Notes: a model not told the origin generated them from the sequence alone. DNA of 64,000 nt from an uncultured Verrucomicrobiae bacterium (GCA_963836755.1 CAWIKF010000002.1:352001-416000); one strand, 5' to 3'; positions 20,870 through 31,836 are shown, counted from the first letter of the stretch. Numbers and translations are program-made.

Positions 20870-22318
20870 TCAAGCCCCTCTGTCACGTTCGTAGCGCCAT
20901 GCGAAGACCTTCTGCACAAAAGGGGTGAAGCGGGTCTTACTGTATCGGTCCGCCGTCTTCCTGGCCAGTTCGGAGTAGGTCGGGTAGGCATGAATCGTCC
21001 GGCCAATTTTGCCCATGCCCAAACCATTTTTAATGGCAAGAGCGAACTCATGGATCAACTCGCCTGCGTGCTCGCAAACAATCGTCGTGCCGAGTATCCT
21101 GTCGCTGCCTTTAGCCAGCAATACCTTGATGAATCCGTGGGCTTCGCTTTCCAGGATTGCTCGATCTACTTCTTCAACCTTTTGCACGATTAAATCATAC
21201 GCGACTCCGTTTTTTCGGGCAGCACTTTCATTTAAACCTACGGTTGCGATTTCAGGATCTAGATAAGTGCACCACGGAACGACGGAGTAATCCATCTTCT
21301 GCCTCATGAGTTGAAAAGGCATGAGGATATTTCGCACCACCACCCGTGCCTGTGCATCCGCCACGTGGGTAAACCGGTAAGGACCGGCAACGTCTCCCGC
21401 TGCGTAGATATGCGGCACGGTGGTTTGTAAGTAATCATTTACTTTTACACCGCGTCCGTCGGCTTCGACGCCAGATCGAGGAAGGCCAAGTTTTTGTATG
21501 TTTGGGGCGCGGCCTGTCGCAATCAAAAGGTGGGTCGCGGTGAGAGTTTTTCCATCCGCAAATTTCATGGCCACACCAGCTAGGTCAGGTTTGACCAAAG
21601 CTACTTCTGCATTTGTCATCACTTTTAAGCCAGACTCAGCAAATCGCCTGGCGACACAGGCGCCGACGTCTTCGTCCTCCTTGGGTAAAAGCCTGGGTCC
21701 TCTTTGCACAAGGGTGACTTTGACTCCGAATCTATGCATGACCCAGCTCAACTCGCAGCCCACCGGTCCTCCACCCAGGACAATCATGGACTCAGGCTTT
21801 TCATGAAGTTCATCGAAAATTGTCTCGTTGGTGAAATATTTGACGTCGGCGAGTCCTTCGACCTGCGGCAATGCCGGGTGTGTGCCGGTTGCAATGACGA
21901 AGTTTCGTGCCTTGAGTTCGACCCCATCCACTTCCACGGCATTTGCGGAACGAAACTTCGCAGCGCCGCGAAATATATCTACACCTAGAGATTCAAAACG
22001 TTCCTGTGAATCATTTGGAGCAAGTGTGGCGCGCAGCTTTCTCATCCTATCAAAGAGTGCATTGAACTCAAAGCGAGGCTCCATTGCATGGAGCCCCCAC
22101 TTTGCGGAACTTTGTATCTTGCAAATCAAGCGGGCGGAAGAAATCAGCGCCTTGCTTGGAACGCAACCATAGTTCAGGCAGTCACCGCCCATTTTGTTTT
22201 TTTCGATAAGAGCCACGCGCCCGCCCAGTCCTGCGGTGCCCGCCGCGACGACAAGGCCGGCCGTTCCCGCACCAATGACTACAACATTATAAGTCCCGGT
22301 GCCCTTCTCAAGTGTCAT
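20870..22318 (-). CDS. Class-I pyridine nucleotide-disulfide oxidoreductase (mercuric reductase/Lpd-like)
   Basis: GAGTAG, GGDCLNYGCVPSKAL, GGGPVGCE, YAAGDV, FTHVA, IHAYPT. No MerA C-terminal Cys-Cys. Confidence 0.9.
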   Translation of the reverse strand: MTLEKGTGTYNVVVIGAGTAGLVVAAGTAGLGGRVALIEKNKMGGDCLNYGCVPSKALISSARLICKIQSSAKWGLHAMEPRFEFNALFDRMRKLRATLAPNDSQERFESLGVDIFRGAAKFRSANAVEVDGVELKARNFVIATGTHPALPQVEGLADVKYFTNETIFDELHEKPESMIVLGGGPVGCELSWVMHRFGVKVTLVQRGPRLLPKEDEDVGACVARRFAESGLKVMTNAEVALVKPDLAGVAMKFADGKTLTATHLLIATGRAPNIQKLGLPRSGVEADGRGVKVNDYLQTTVPHIYAAGDVAGPYRFTHVADAQARVVVRNILMPFQLMRQKMDYSVVPWCTYLDPEIATVGLNESAARKNGVAYDLIVQKVEEVDRAILESEAHGFIKVLLAKGSDRILGTTIVCEHAGELIHEFALAIKNGLGMGKIGRTIHAYPTYSELARKTADRYSKTRFTPFVQKVFAWRYERDRGA

Positions 22319-22330
22319 GATGACGCCCGT

Positions 22331-23149
22331 TCAAAATATCTTGTCGAATATAAGATTGGTCGTTCCATAGTGACGGCCATGTTCTCCCTGGTCGTTCAAG
22401 CCCCAGTTGTAAGTCTTGTAGTTGATTTCGTATCTACCGCTGCCGAGGAACTGCCGGTATTGCTCAGGAGCATAAAGGGCAAGAATTTTCGGCACTCCGC
22501 CGGCTTTGTCGAAGTCACTTTTGAACCACTTGAAAATGCTGGAAATGTCCACCGAATTTTCTAATGGCTTGAACTCGTTCATGTCCTTTCGCGACAGCCA
22601 TATTTCATAGGCATGCGCGTCCTGCTCTCCGAGCGCAGCCTCACTATAAGCGGAGCGCTGGAGTGGCGGGCAGCTTCTCGCGGCACAGACCAGCACGGCA
22701 TGTGTGCGGTAACCATATTGCGGCCGCAGAGTTCCCTGCTCAATATCGTTAAGGGACACAGTTTGACCGCCGATCTTGTAGCGTCTGCCCGTAAAGGAGT
22801 CTTTGTAGATTTGAATACTTTCAGTGGGATACTTCTGCAGGATCCACTCCAGCACACCGGCGTTGTAGGCATTGATAAGAGAAGCGAACTTTTCCTCACC
22901 TTTGGCAGGAGTTCCGCCGGGCGCGAACTGCGCAAGATACTTTTCCAAAGCCGCGCGATCCGCTTCGTTGTCTTTCCAGGCGTGGTAAGCGACCAAGCCG
23001 CGGTCATCCACGTATTTCTTGAGCAGCCGGTCGTATTCGCTGTGATTGATTCCAGCCGGCACGTTAACTTCCACGTTCTTCTCCGCCGCAATTGAAAAGG
23101 TGTGAGTGAACGCGGCAAAGGCGATGCCGAGGAGGATAGTCGTTTTCAT
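22331..23149 (-). CDS. DUF547-domain secreted protein
   Basis: Signal peptide, LLKKYV..G.V.Y, INAYNA, SLNDIE, HAVLVCAARSCPPL, SSIFKWF..DF, YNWGLND. Confidence 0.9.
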   Translation of the reverse strand: MKTTILLGIAFAAFTHTFSIAAEKNVEVNVPAGINHSEYDRLLKKYVDDRGLVAYHAWKDNEADRAALEKYLAQFAPGGTPAKGEEKFASLINAYNAGVLEWILQKYPTESIQIYKDSFTGRRYKIGGQTVSLNDIEQGTLRPQYGYRTHAVLVCAARSCPPLQRSAYSEAALGEQDAHAYEIWLSRKDMNEFKPLENSVDISSIFKWFKSDFDKAGGVPKILALYAPEQYRQFLGSGRYEINYKTYNWGLNDQGEHGRHYGTTNLIFDKIF

Positions 23150-23182
23150 ATTTTGAAGGTGTTGCGTGAGTTGATTCGCTCT

Positions 23183-23850
23183 CTATCCATACATGGATGC
23201 ATTCGAGCTAAGATCCGGAATTTGAAAATCCAGAATGCTCCGCGCGCGACGCCAGCTTTCGGCGTCATCCACGTCCTCCAATGGCGGTGTCAAAAGAGCC
23301 AGCGTCAATCCAGCTCGAGCGATCCGAGCCTCAGTTTGCGCGCACACAACCGGCGTGCTCCAGTCGATCCCGTGAAAAATATCAGGATGTGGAGCGTTCA
23401 ATCCAAGCAGGCAATAACCTCCATCCACCGCGGGAATGAGCACAGTATCGGCTCTCGCGAGCGCCTTCGCCACTTGCACCAGCGCGGCCTTATCGAGATA
23501 GGACAATCGCCGCCAAGCAAGATCAATCTTCTGCAACCCGTCGCAAATAGTTGCTCGGCGGCTCTCATGAGACGTTCGCCGAGATCGCCTTCGCATTGTG
23601 GAAAATATTCGAGCTTCGGCCCGAGCCATTCCCGCATTTCAAAAAGGGCGCCGGCTGGAGAGAAGCAGACGTGAATCGGCCAGTGGCAAGGAATGCTCCT
23701 GACCTGGTGCTCTACCAGTCGCCGGTAAATCAATGCAGCACGTTCAGCTCCTACTGATGCGGCCAGGCGCGTCTTGACCTTGCCGACGATCGGAGCTTTC
23801 AACATCAGAGAAACCGTCGGGACTTCGATTGGATTCGCAATATTCTTCAT
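23183..23850 (-). CDS. TIGR04282/DUF2064-family glycosyltransferase, one frameshift near 23500
   Basis: KAPIVGKVKTRLA, QCEGDLGERL, LLGGDCP | PAVDGGYCLLG, IDWSTP.V, LEDVDD across ORFs 23398..23877 and 23183..23629. Confidence 0.85.
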
Positions 23851-24383
23851 TTGCTTGTCACGTGACTTATCGTTCAACGCCGATGACGCTTGGCCAACAG
23901 GTTGGAATTTTTTCCCCGAAAGTAGTCGAGCGTTAGAAAAAAATCCGCCCAGGTCGTCCGGATCGGGCCGAAGCGGTCAAACCGTCGCCCGGAAGAATAG
24001 ACAGGCGGGCGCAACGTCACCACCTGCCCGCAAGCGCGTCCTTACGAGGGAGAATGCGCTCGGCATCTTCCTAAGCACGATACCCCTCACCCAACAGCGG
24101 TTGTCCCTTTCGGAAGCCACCTTCGAGCAGAGATTGTGGCCGCGGAGCAGTTGAATCCTCTTGAGATGAGCCTCGTCCCAGCGATCAGGAACGAAACTGC
24201 CGTCCTTTAGCGTCAATCGCCACACGCCGCGACAACTCGTGCCGGAACGCGGCGCGCGCAGAGTCGGCAGCAACAAACAATTCAGCGTGCTCCGAGGTTG
24301 TAAACCGTGACCCCGTGGGCTAGCGATTGAACCTGGCTAACACCAAGCTCACCTCGATGTAGCTATTTTTTCGACCCGATGCC

Positions 24384-25078
24384 TTAGAACCCTAACGTCT
24401 GCTGGCCCATTGAATCATCTCTAACGGCTCGGGTGATCACCAGCTTTTGCTGAACCAGCTCAGGTTCACAACATTTCTCATCATCCACCCTGGCGCTGTT
24501 TACCAACGTTGAAACGGCCAGCGCCGACATTTCCTCCGCGTGATATGGCGCGGTGACGCGCTGAAAACTTTGTTCAACAAGCTCACCCGTTGAAAACCAT
24601 TCCTCCCAATCTTCACGGCGCACAATCACCGGCATTCGGTCATGAATCGGCTCCAGCACGGCGTTGGCCAATGCCGTCAATAAATAGCAACGTGAGATGT
24701 TTCGCTCTGTTCATAAATTGCAGTAATGGCGAACGGAGCGTCTCCATTCAAAGTGAACAAGTAGGGGCGCTTTCCCACCTTCGTCCATTCGTAAAATCCA
24801 TCTGCCGGCACCAAACATCTTCGCTCGATAAACGATTGTTTAAATGAACGCTTTCCGCGAACCGATTCACAACGGGCGTTGATCAGGGCTCGCGATTTTA
24901 CATCCGCCCATTTTGGAATAATGCCCCACGACATTTCCTGCAATTTTCGCTCAGCAGTGACCACCGGCACCCGCTGGGTTGGTGCCACATTGAACCGAGG
25001 CCGAAAACCAATTGAATCTTCCACCTCCAGCCAATCGAGGATTCGCCTGGGATCTTTGATTCGGCACCGGCCGCACAT
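24384..25078 (-). CDS. SOS response-associated peptidase (SRAP/YedK/HMCES), frameshifted near 24680
   Basis: N-terminal MCGR, RFNVAPTQ, WGIIP.W, INARCES, RRCLVPADGFYEW | T..AN....PIHDRMPVI, VS..VNS. Confidence 0.9.
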
Positions 25079-25149
25079 CGTCGCGGTCTCTGCTCAATCG
25101 GCCGCGCCGGTAACGTTATCCCAACAAAGCAAGACGCTGAATTGAGCGT

Positions 25150-25325
25150 TATCCACAGTCTGGCGCTTTGGGATGCCATAGAAGCTGGAGTTGACCTCGA
25201 CGAAGTTGAAATGCTGCGCATACCAGAGCAAGTCCGTCTTCTTTATTTCGGATGGATACCAGTCCCGGACAAAACTCCGGGTCACTCCAGCTGGCAGTGC
25301 CAATCAGAATTTTGCTAGAGCTCAT
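25150..25325 (-). pseudogene. DUF72 protein, N-terminal fragment
   Basis: From ATG 25325: MSSSKILIGTASWSDPEF | DWYP......L.WYAQHFNFVEVNSSFYGIP, then truncated. Confidence 0.8.
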
Positions 25326-25338
25326 TTAAGAAAACTAT

Positions 25339-25699
25339 CGAAACTCATGAGATGCCGACATGGCAAGACAGTTAAAGGGCTATCATTAGGGGGATGCATA
25401 AAATCCGTGTTTCTTTGTCGGAGTCATCACAATGGCTCCGTGCTTGGACCCTTGGAGGTGCGCATTGTCCCGTCGTTATGGACGCGATCTAAGCGCCAGC
25501 ATAAGGATTCCGGATTAGTGACTTTCCTTTTCGAGCGCGGTATGGCAAAATTTGTCTTCAAATTTCCTGCACATGAAGCAAGCCCAGCTAAAAAAAAATC
25601 CGCCCGCGATGAACGTGGTTGATCAGACACATAAGTTTCTGGTGGCGATCGCAACATCGCTTTCTCTTTCAGTCCTCGTCCACGCGGCGGCAGCACCGG
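25339..25699 (+). repeat. About 360-bp upstream region + signal-peptide module, copy 1
   Basis: Aligns with 35676-36037 (about 40 differences by hand count). Includes an identical block catggcaagacagttaaagggctatcattagggggatgcata. Confidence 0.93.
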
Positions 25700-28551
25700 T
25701 GGCGCTAGACGGCGATGGCTGGATTGTCGCGCCACAGGCCGAAGTCAGCGGTAGTGGAGAGCAGATCTCCGCGCCCGGCTTCGCCACGGACAAGTGGGTG
25801 AAGGCAAAGGTGCCGGGGACGGTGCTGGAGGCTTACGTGGTGGCAGGGATCGAGAAGGAACCGAGCTATGGCGACAACGCATATAAGATCGACAAGAAAA
25901 AGTACGATCGCAATTTCTGGTATCGGACGGAATTCCAGACGCCGGCGGCTTTTACCACAGGCCGGACCTGGCTGGAATTCGACGGTGTGAACAAGAGTGC
26001 GGACGTTTACCTGAACGGGAAGAAGCTGGGCTCAATGCATGGATTCGTGCAGCGCGGCAGGTTTGAAGTCACCGGGCTGCTCCGCCATGGAGCGGACAAT
26101 TCCTTGGCCGTCCTCGACTATTTCCCCGGCGAAACGGACAAGCGGACCGTCAACACGACGAGCCCCTCGTACATTTGCAGCACGGGCTGGGACTGGATGC
26201 CCACTGTGGCCGGATACAACATGGGAATCCACCGGAGCGTGCGGCTCACCAACACGGGCGACGTTTCGCTGGTGGACCCATGGATTCGCACGGAGGTGCC
26301 CGATCTTTCGCAAGCGGACGTTTCCATTCAGGTCGAAGTGCAGAACCATTCCACCGCGCCGGTGAATGGCGTATTGAAGGGCATCCTCTCGCCGGGCGAG
26401 ATTGCATTCTCTCAGCCGGTGACGTTGGGGGCAAGTGAGACGAAAACAGTCAAGCTGGACGACGCGGCGGTGCCGGCCCTGAAGCTCTCCCACCCGCGCC
26501 TGTGGTGGCCCAACGGCTACGGGAGGCCGAACCTGTATTCATGCCGGCTCGATTTCCAAACCGGCGACGCTATTTCCGATACAAAAACAGTCAATTTCGG
26601 CGTTCGGAAATATTCCTACGACACCTCGAAGAAGGTCCTAAACTTTTACGTGAACGGCGTGCGTGTTTTCGTCAAGGGTGGGAACTGGGGCATGGCGGAG
26701 TTCATGCTGCGCTGTCGCGGGCAGGACTACGACACACGCCTGCGTTTCCACAAGGAGATGAACTTCAATATGATCCGGAACTGGCTTGGCATGACCACGG
26801 ACGAGGCGTTTTACGCCGCGTGCGACCGGTACGGCGTGATGGTCTGGGATGAATTCTGGCTCCACTCCACGCAAGCGATGCCCACGGACCTGGACGTTTA
26901 CCAGGCGAATGCCATTGAAAAGATCAAGCAGGTGCGAAACCATGCGTGCGTAGCCCTGTGGTGTGCGGAAAACGAGAGTACGCCAAGTCCGCCGTTTAAT
27001 GAGTGTCTGCGGCAGGACGTCCAGACCTACGACGCGGGCGACCGCCGCTACGAGCCGCAATCCAACAAGGGCGATCTCAGCGGGGGCGGGCCTTACCGCA
27101 ACCTGGACTTGAAGGCGTATTATCAGCGGAAGGGAAATTATGGCATGCACAGCGAGGCCGGCACGGCAACGTGCACCTCGTACGACAGCTTTAAGAAGTT
27201 CATGCCGGCGGCCGATGCCTGGCCTCAGGACGAGATGTGGAATGAGCATTTCTTCGGAAACTTGGGAAGCAACGCGGGGCCGGATGTCTATAACACTTCC
27301 ATCAGCCTGCGGTACGGGCGGGTGGCCGGCATCGAGGACTATTGCCACAAGGCACAGTTGCTCAACGTGGAAACGATGAAGACGCTGTACGAAAGCTGGC
27401 TCGACCACAGCGACAACACCGCCGCCGGCGTGCTGATCTGGATGAGTCAGTCGGCCTACCCTTCGTTCGTCTGGCAGACCTACGACTACTACTTCGACAC
27501 TACCGGCGCCTACTGGGGGGCGAAGAACGCATGTGAGCCGATTCACATTTATTGGAACCAGCTCGACGACCGCATTCGGGTGGTTAACACCTCCGGCAAG
27601 GAAGCGCCGAATCTCAAGGCCGAAGCCTCGATCTACAACGCGGACGGCACGCAAAAGTTCTTTCGCTCCACGCCCGTCTCGTCCAAGCCGGATGCAGTGG
27701 CGGATTGCTTCCCGCTGACGTTCCCCGAGGGGCTTTCGCCCGTGCACTTCATCAAGCTGAAGCTGAAGGATGGGCAGGGAGCGACTGTCTCAGAAAATTT
27801 TTACTGGCGCGGCACAACCTACGAGCGGTACGCGGACTTGAAAAACCTGCCGGCGGTGAAGCTGGGGATTTCCCAGACACTGCGCCATGAGGGCGGCACC
27901 GAAACTATGACGGTCGAGATCACCAACCCCGCCGACTCGCACACGGTCGCGCTTGCCATAAGGCCAAAGGTCGTCAAGCCCGGCACCGACGAGCAGGTCC
28001 TGCCGGTCTTCATGAATGACGGCTATTTCTCGCTCCTTCCCGGCGAGACCAAGCACCTCACCATCCAGTATGAACGTGCGAGCGCCGGCACACAGGATGC
28101 CGCGCTGGCCGTCGAGTGTTGGAATAACTATCCCAAGCCAAGCCCGCAGGCTCCGAACCCCGCGAATCTGGCACTCGCTCGGCCGGTGACGGCATCCTCC
28201 TCGCTGGGTGAAGAGACGCCCGAATGTGCGATTGATGGCGACATCCTGACCGCTTGGGAATCGGGCAGGAAAACGAACCAGCCGTCGTGGCTCTGCGTTG
28301 ATCTTGGAGAGAGCAAAGCCTTTAGTCGCGTCAGAATCGACTGGACGGGAACCGAGTTCCCCAAGAGCTTTGAGGTGCAGGTCTCCGACGACGCTAAAAG
28401 CTGGACGCCGGTTTATCAAACAACCAAGGGTGACGGCACCTTGGACAACCTAGGCGGACTCAACGGAAAGGGGCGGTATGTGCGGTTGTTCACTGACAAC
28501 AAGGCCAGATACAACTGTCTCGTCAAGGAGTTTGAGGTGTATGCGAAGTAG
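25609..28551 (+). CDS. Secreted GH2 glycoside hydrolase (beta-mannosidase/exo-glucosaminidase type) with C-terminal F5/8-type C (CBM32-like) domain
   Basis: VPGTVL, FWYRTEF, LEFDGVN, GWDWMP, LWWPNGYG.P.LY, GGNWG, WCAENE, WQTYDYY; C-terminal NLALARPVTASS...AIDGD..T.W...WLCVDLG. Confidence 0.9.
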   Translation: MNVVDQTHKFLVAIATSLSLSVLVHAAAAPVALDGDGWIVAPQAEVSGSGEQISAPGFATDKWVKAKVPGTVLEAYVVAGIEKEPSYGDNAYKIDKKKYDRNFWYRTEFQTPAAFTTGRTWLEFDGVNKSADVYLNGKKLGSMHGFVQRGRFEVTGLLRHGADNSLAVLDYFPGETDKRTVNTTSPSYICSTGWDWMPTVAGYNMGIHRSVRLTNTGDVSLVDPWIRTEVPDLSQADVSIQVEVQNHSTAPVNGVLKGILSPGEIAFSQPVTLGASETKTVKLDDAAVPALKLSHPRLWWPNGYGRPNLYSCRLDFQTGDAISDTKTVNFGVRKYSYDTSKKVLNFYVNGVRVFVKGGNWGMAEFMLRCRGQDYDTRLRFHKEMNFNMIRNWLGMTTDEAFYAACDRYGVMVWDEFWLHSTQAMPTDLDVYQANAIEKIKQVRNHACVALWCAENESTPSPPFNECLRQDVQTYDAGDRRYEPQSNKGDLSGGGPYRNLDLKAYYQRKGNYGMHSEAGTATCTSYDSFKKFMPAADAWPQDEMWNEHFFGNLGSNAGPDVYNTSISLRYGRVAGIEDYCHKAQLLNVETMKTLYESWLDHSDNTAAGVLIWMSQSAYPSFVWQTYDYYFDTTGAYWGAKNACEPIHIYWNQLDDRIRVVNTSGKEAPNLKAEASIYNADGTQKFFRSTPVSSKPDAVADCFPLTFPEGLSPVHFIKLKLKDGQGATVSENFYWRGTTYERYADLKNLPAVKLGISQTLRHEGGTETMTVEITNPADSHTVALAIRPKVVKPGTDEQVLPVFMNDGYFSLLPGETKHLTIQYERASAGTQDAALAVECWNNYPKPSPQAPNPANLALARPVTASSSLGEETPECAIDGDILTAWESGRKTNQPSWLCVDLGESKAFSRVRIDWTGTEFPKSFEVQVSDDAKSWTPVYQTTKGDGTLDNLGGLNGKGRYVRLFTDNKARYNCLVKEFEVYAK

Positions 28552-28913
28552 CAGTCCTACAGCTTTTGGATTCAGCCGCAGGTAAATGATGCCTTAAGCT
28601 CGTCATATTGAGATATTCCCTCTGTCCATGACCGCGCAGAACGAAATCCGCTGAATTCCTTTCCGCCCCGCCGTATTGGTAGTAGTTTCCGCTCAATTCG
28701 CGCGCCTCGCTTTGTGGCAACATACTCTCCTAGCCAACGGCAACTACGCGGGAAACGGTTACGTGCAGCTCAACGCTGGAGCAACAAAAAGCAACTTCTA
28801 CGTAGTGTGGCTGTTCTAGAGGATATGTTAACCCCTTTCCCAATCCGCTTCGCAGGTTCGTCGCCGCGATGATTCTGCTTATATCTCTCCTGTCCATCGA
28901 ACCCTTCGAACTC

Positions 28914-31214
28914 ATGAACAACAATCCATCTGCAAAATCCCGGTTTAATCCCCTACCGAGCATATTCAAGAATATCTTCCCAGCGATCTTCCTGGGCGTC
29001 ACTCTCTCTTGGAGCGGTCATTTAGAAGGTGCTGAGAGCGCGCCGTCTCCAGCCTCATTCGTCGATCCTCTAATCGGCACCGGCCCCAACGCCACTGTCA
29101 AAGTAGGATGGTCGTTTGATACCGGAAATGTCTTTCCCGGGCCGGTATGCCCCCGCGGGATGCTGGCGTGGAGCCCGGATACCACGAACAAGGACAAGAT
29201 CGCCGGCGGCTACTGGTATCCGGACGACAAGATCGAAGGCTTCAGCTTGACGCACTTTAGCGGCCGCGGGGTGGTTTGTCTCAAAGATGTGACCTTCATG
29301 CCGCTGGTGCAGCCCGTCGCCGCATCCCCTGGCGCCGATTGGAAACCGTATGAAGCTGGCTATTCCCACAAGAACGAAAATGCGTCGGCGGGCTATTACG
29401 CGGTAAAATTTGACAACGGCCTGCAAACGGAATTGACCACAACGCCCAGAACCGGGATGGCTCGTTTTACCTTCCCGGCGCAATCCACCGCCACGCTCTT
29501 AATCCGGGCGAACGGGTCCATTTCGGTAAGTGGAAACGAGGTTTCCGGTTATTCCGATTCGAGAGTCGGGAAGTCAAAGCAAGCTTATAAAGTCTATTTC
29601 TTTGCCCAGTTCACGCGTCCGATCAAGAGCGCCAAGACATGGGTTGCGGACAGGCTTAACGATGCCGCCACTGCCGATGGAAAAAGCTCCGGCGCCATCC
29701 TCAGCTTTGACACCGCAAGCGACCCTGTGGTGCAAGTGCGTGTTGGTATGTCTTACACCAGCCAGGAAAACGCCCGGGACAACCTTAAGCGCGAAAACGC
29801 CGACGGAGACTTTGAGACCGTGAGAAAAAATGCGGTCACGCTTTGGAACAGCGAGCTGAACCGCATCCAGGTCGAAGGCGGAACGGACGCGGGAAAGAAG
29901 GTCTTTTATACCGCGCTCTATCACTGCTTTATTCATCCAAATTTTCTGGATGACGCCAATGGCCAATACATTGGCATGGACTCGAAAGTTCATACCGTGC
30001 CGGCAGGGCATCACCAGTATCAGAATATTCCTGCCTGGGACGAGCACCGCTCCCACTCTCCGTTGATGGCCATTATCGCTAGCAACGAAAGCAGCGATGT
30101 GATCCAGTCGCTGGTCAATTATGCCCAGCAGGATGCCAGCGTGAGCCCGAATGGCGGCGGGTTGCCGCGTTGGGAGCAGATCAACCACAACTCGGGCGGC
30201 ATGAGAGGCGACGGGGATGACTCGATTATCGCCGCGTCATACTCCTTCGGGGCGACGCAGTTCGATACGAAGGCCGCCTGGGAAGCGATGGATAAAGGGG
30301 CCTCCCAGCCCGGGACCACTTCGGACGGACACAAGGTGCGCGGCGATCTTGAGCAATACCTGAGCGAGGGATACGTGCCAGAGGCGGCGTCGACCTTGGA
30401 GTATTGCAATGATGACTTTGCTCTCTCCCAATTCGCAAAGGTGATGGGGGACGAGCAGAAGTCCGCGATGTATCTGAAGCGGGCTCAGAACTGGAAGAAC
30501 CTCTTTGATCCAGCCACAGGATGGATCCGTGCGCGTATTGCCGGCGGAGCCTGGGATGGGGATAAGTTCTCGCCTAGCAGCGGCAGGGGTTTTATCGAGG
30601 GCACCGCGGCCCAGTATTTTTGGATGGTGAACTTCAATCTGCGGGCGCTTATCGAGAAAATCGGCGGCAATGACAAAGCCGTTGAACGCCTGGATCATTT
30701 CTTCACCAAGACCAATAGCGGCCTGAGAGGTGACATGGCCTACATGGGCAACGAACCGAGTGAAGAGACCCCGTGGGTATACGATTTTGCCGGCGCGCCA
30801 TGGCGCACGCAGGATGTCGTTCGCCGCATCCAAACCGAACTCTTCACCGCCGACCCGAGCGGCATTCCGGGCAATGACGACGCCGGTTCCTTATCCTCCT
30901 GGTATGTTTTCTCCGCCTTGGGTCTTTATCCGGAGATTCCGGGTGTGGCCGGATTTGTGGTGGGAAGCCCGGTGTTTCCGAAGGCAATCCTCCATATGGA
31001 TAACGGCAAGACGCTACAGGTCATCGGCAGGAATGCCTCATTGACCAATCCCTATGTTCAAAGCCTGGAAGTGGGTGAACAGGCATGGGATAGCCCGTGG
31101 ATTCCCTGGTCAAAGCTATCGGATGGCGGTGCTGTTAAGTTTACCCTCGGCAACAAGCCTTCCTCGTGGGGAAAGGATCCCGCGAAAGCGCCGCCCTCCT
31201 TTGATAGCAAATAA
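28914..31214 (+). CDS. GH92 family (alpha-1,2-mannosidase-like) glycoside hydrolase
   Basis: VDPLIGT, GNVFPGP..P.GM..WSPDT, GFSLTHFSG.G, FYTALYH, STLEY..DD, FIEG...QY.W, GNEPS, PGNDDAG.LSSWYVFSALG.YP. Confidence 0.93.
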   Translation: MNNNPSAKSRFNPLPSIFKNIFPAIFLGVTLSWSGHLEGAESAPSPASFVDPLIGTGPNATVKVGWSFDTGNVFPGPVCPRGMLAWSPDTTNKDKIAGGYWYPDDKIEGFSLTHFSGRGVVCLKDVTFMPLVQPVAASPGADWKPYEAGYSHKNENASAGYYAVKFDNGLQTELTTTPRTGMARFTFPAQSTATLLIRANGSISVSGNEVSGYSDSRVGKSKQAYKVYFFAQFTRPIKSAKTWVADRLNDAATADGKSSGAILSFDTASDPVVQVRVGMSYTSQENARDNLKRENADGDFETVRKNAVTLWNSELNRIQVEGGTDAGKKVFYTALYHCFIHPNFLDDANGQYIGMDSKVHTVPAGHHQYQNIPAWDEHRSHSPLMAIIASNESSDVIQSLVNYAQQDASVSPNGGGLPRWEQINHNSGGMRGDGDDSIIAASYSFGATQFDTKAAWEAMDKGASQPGTTSDGHKVRGDLEQYLSEGYVPEAASTLEYCNDDFALSQFAKVMGDEQKSAMYLKRAQNWKNLFDPATGWIRARIAGGAWDGDKFSPSSGRGFIEGTAAQYFWMVNFNLRALIEKIGGNDKAVERLDHFFTKTNSGLRGDMAYMGNEPSEETPWVYDFAGAPWRTQDVVRRIQTELFTADPSGIPGNDDAGSLSSWYVFSALGLYPEIPGVAGFVVGSPVFPKAILHMDNGKTLQVIGRNASLTNPYVQSLEVGEQAWDSPWIPWSKLSDGGAVKFTLGNKPSSWGKDPAKAPPSFDSK

Positions 31215-31364
31215 AGACATCCATGGAAGAACGGGACACCGGTGAAGGCCATCTATCATCGGTGGCCCAGGGAAACAGAGGAATGGCCGTTTCGCGTAAC
31301 GGAAGTTCGCTGACTCGGCCCGCGAACAAACAGGATTAGCAAAGGGGAAGGCGGGGGGAAGAAC

Positions 31365-31500
31365 GGTCAGTCAACATACATTTTTTGACAGGCGGCTGCC
31401 GATTGTTGACGCTGGCGGTATGGCGCGCAGCGTCCGACTATGCCGGGGCGTTTCACCACGTCATGGCGCGCGGCAACCGGCGGCAGGCCATTTCCGCGAT
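31365..31500 (+). mobile_element. Remnant of a REP-associated tyrosine (Y1/RAYT) transposase with upstream hairpin
   Basis: GGTCAGTCAAcatacattttTTGACA hairpin, then MAR..R | DYAGAFHHVMARGNRRQAI, a typical RAYT N-terminus; truncated. Confidence 0.7.
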
Positions 31501-31528
31501 CCCCTCGACCAGCGATCACGTTGCGGCT

Positions 31529-31713
31529 AACTATGTATCGTTGGTCCCCGGGCGAGGAAGACCATCACCATTGAGGCCGCCGCGGCCAGCCTCAAGGGCG
31601 AGAAACCTCTAGCACTGGTCGATGGCCGGAACATCGCCGTAAACCCGGTAACCACGCCCTCTGCCCTCGTTGTCTTAAACGAGAAAGCCCAGGTCGGCTT
31701 CACAAAGGGTTGA
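31529..31713 (+). pseudogene. C-terminal fragment of another GH2-type protein
   Basis: NYVSLVPG | RKTITIEAAAASLKGEKPLALVDGRNI resembles the DGYFSLLPGETKHLTI Ig-like domain of the 25609 GH2. Confidence 0.55.
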
Positions 31714-31836
31714 CGTGCTTCTTGCCTGCTTGGCCGTTGACAATGCGTCCGGAGACCGAGATGAACCGCGTCCCAGAACACGTTTACAAAGCCCGCCAAA
31801 TTGCCTTGCCACGTTGGTAGTTCAACGGGCTGCTAA

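Noticed and set aside
20870..22318. merA / mercury resistance
   Set aside because: No C-terminal Cys-Cys, no NmerA domain and no merR/T/P; the context is the TVP38/DUF547 cluster.
23900..24350. Coding or mobile-element remnant between TIGR04282 and SRAP
   Set aside because: Short ORFs with no recognisable motif; no call can be supported.
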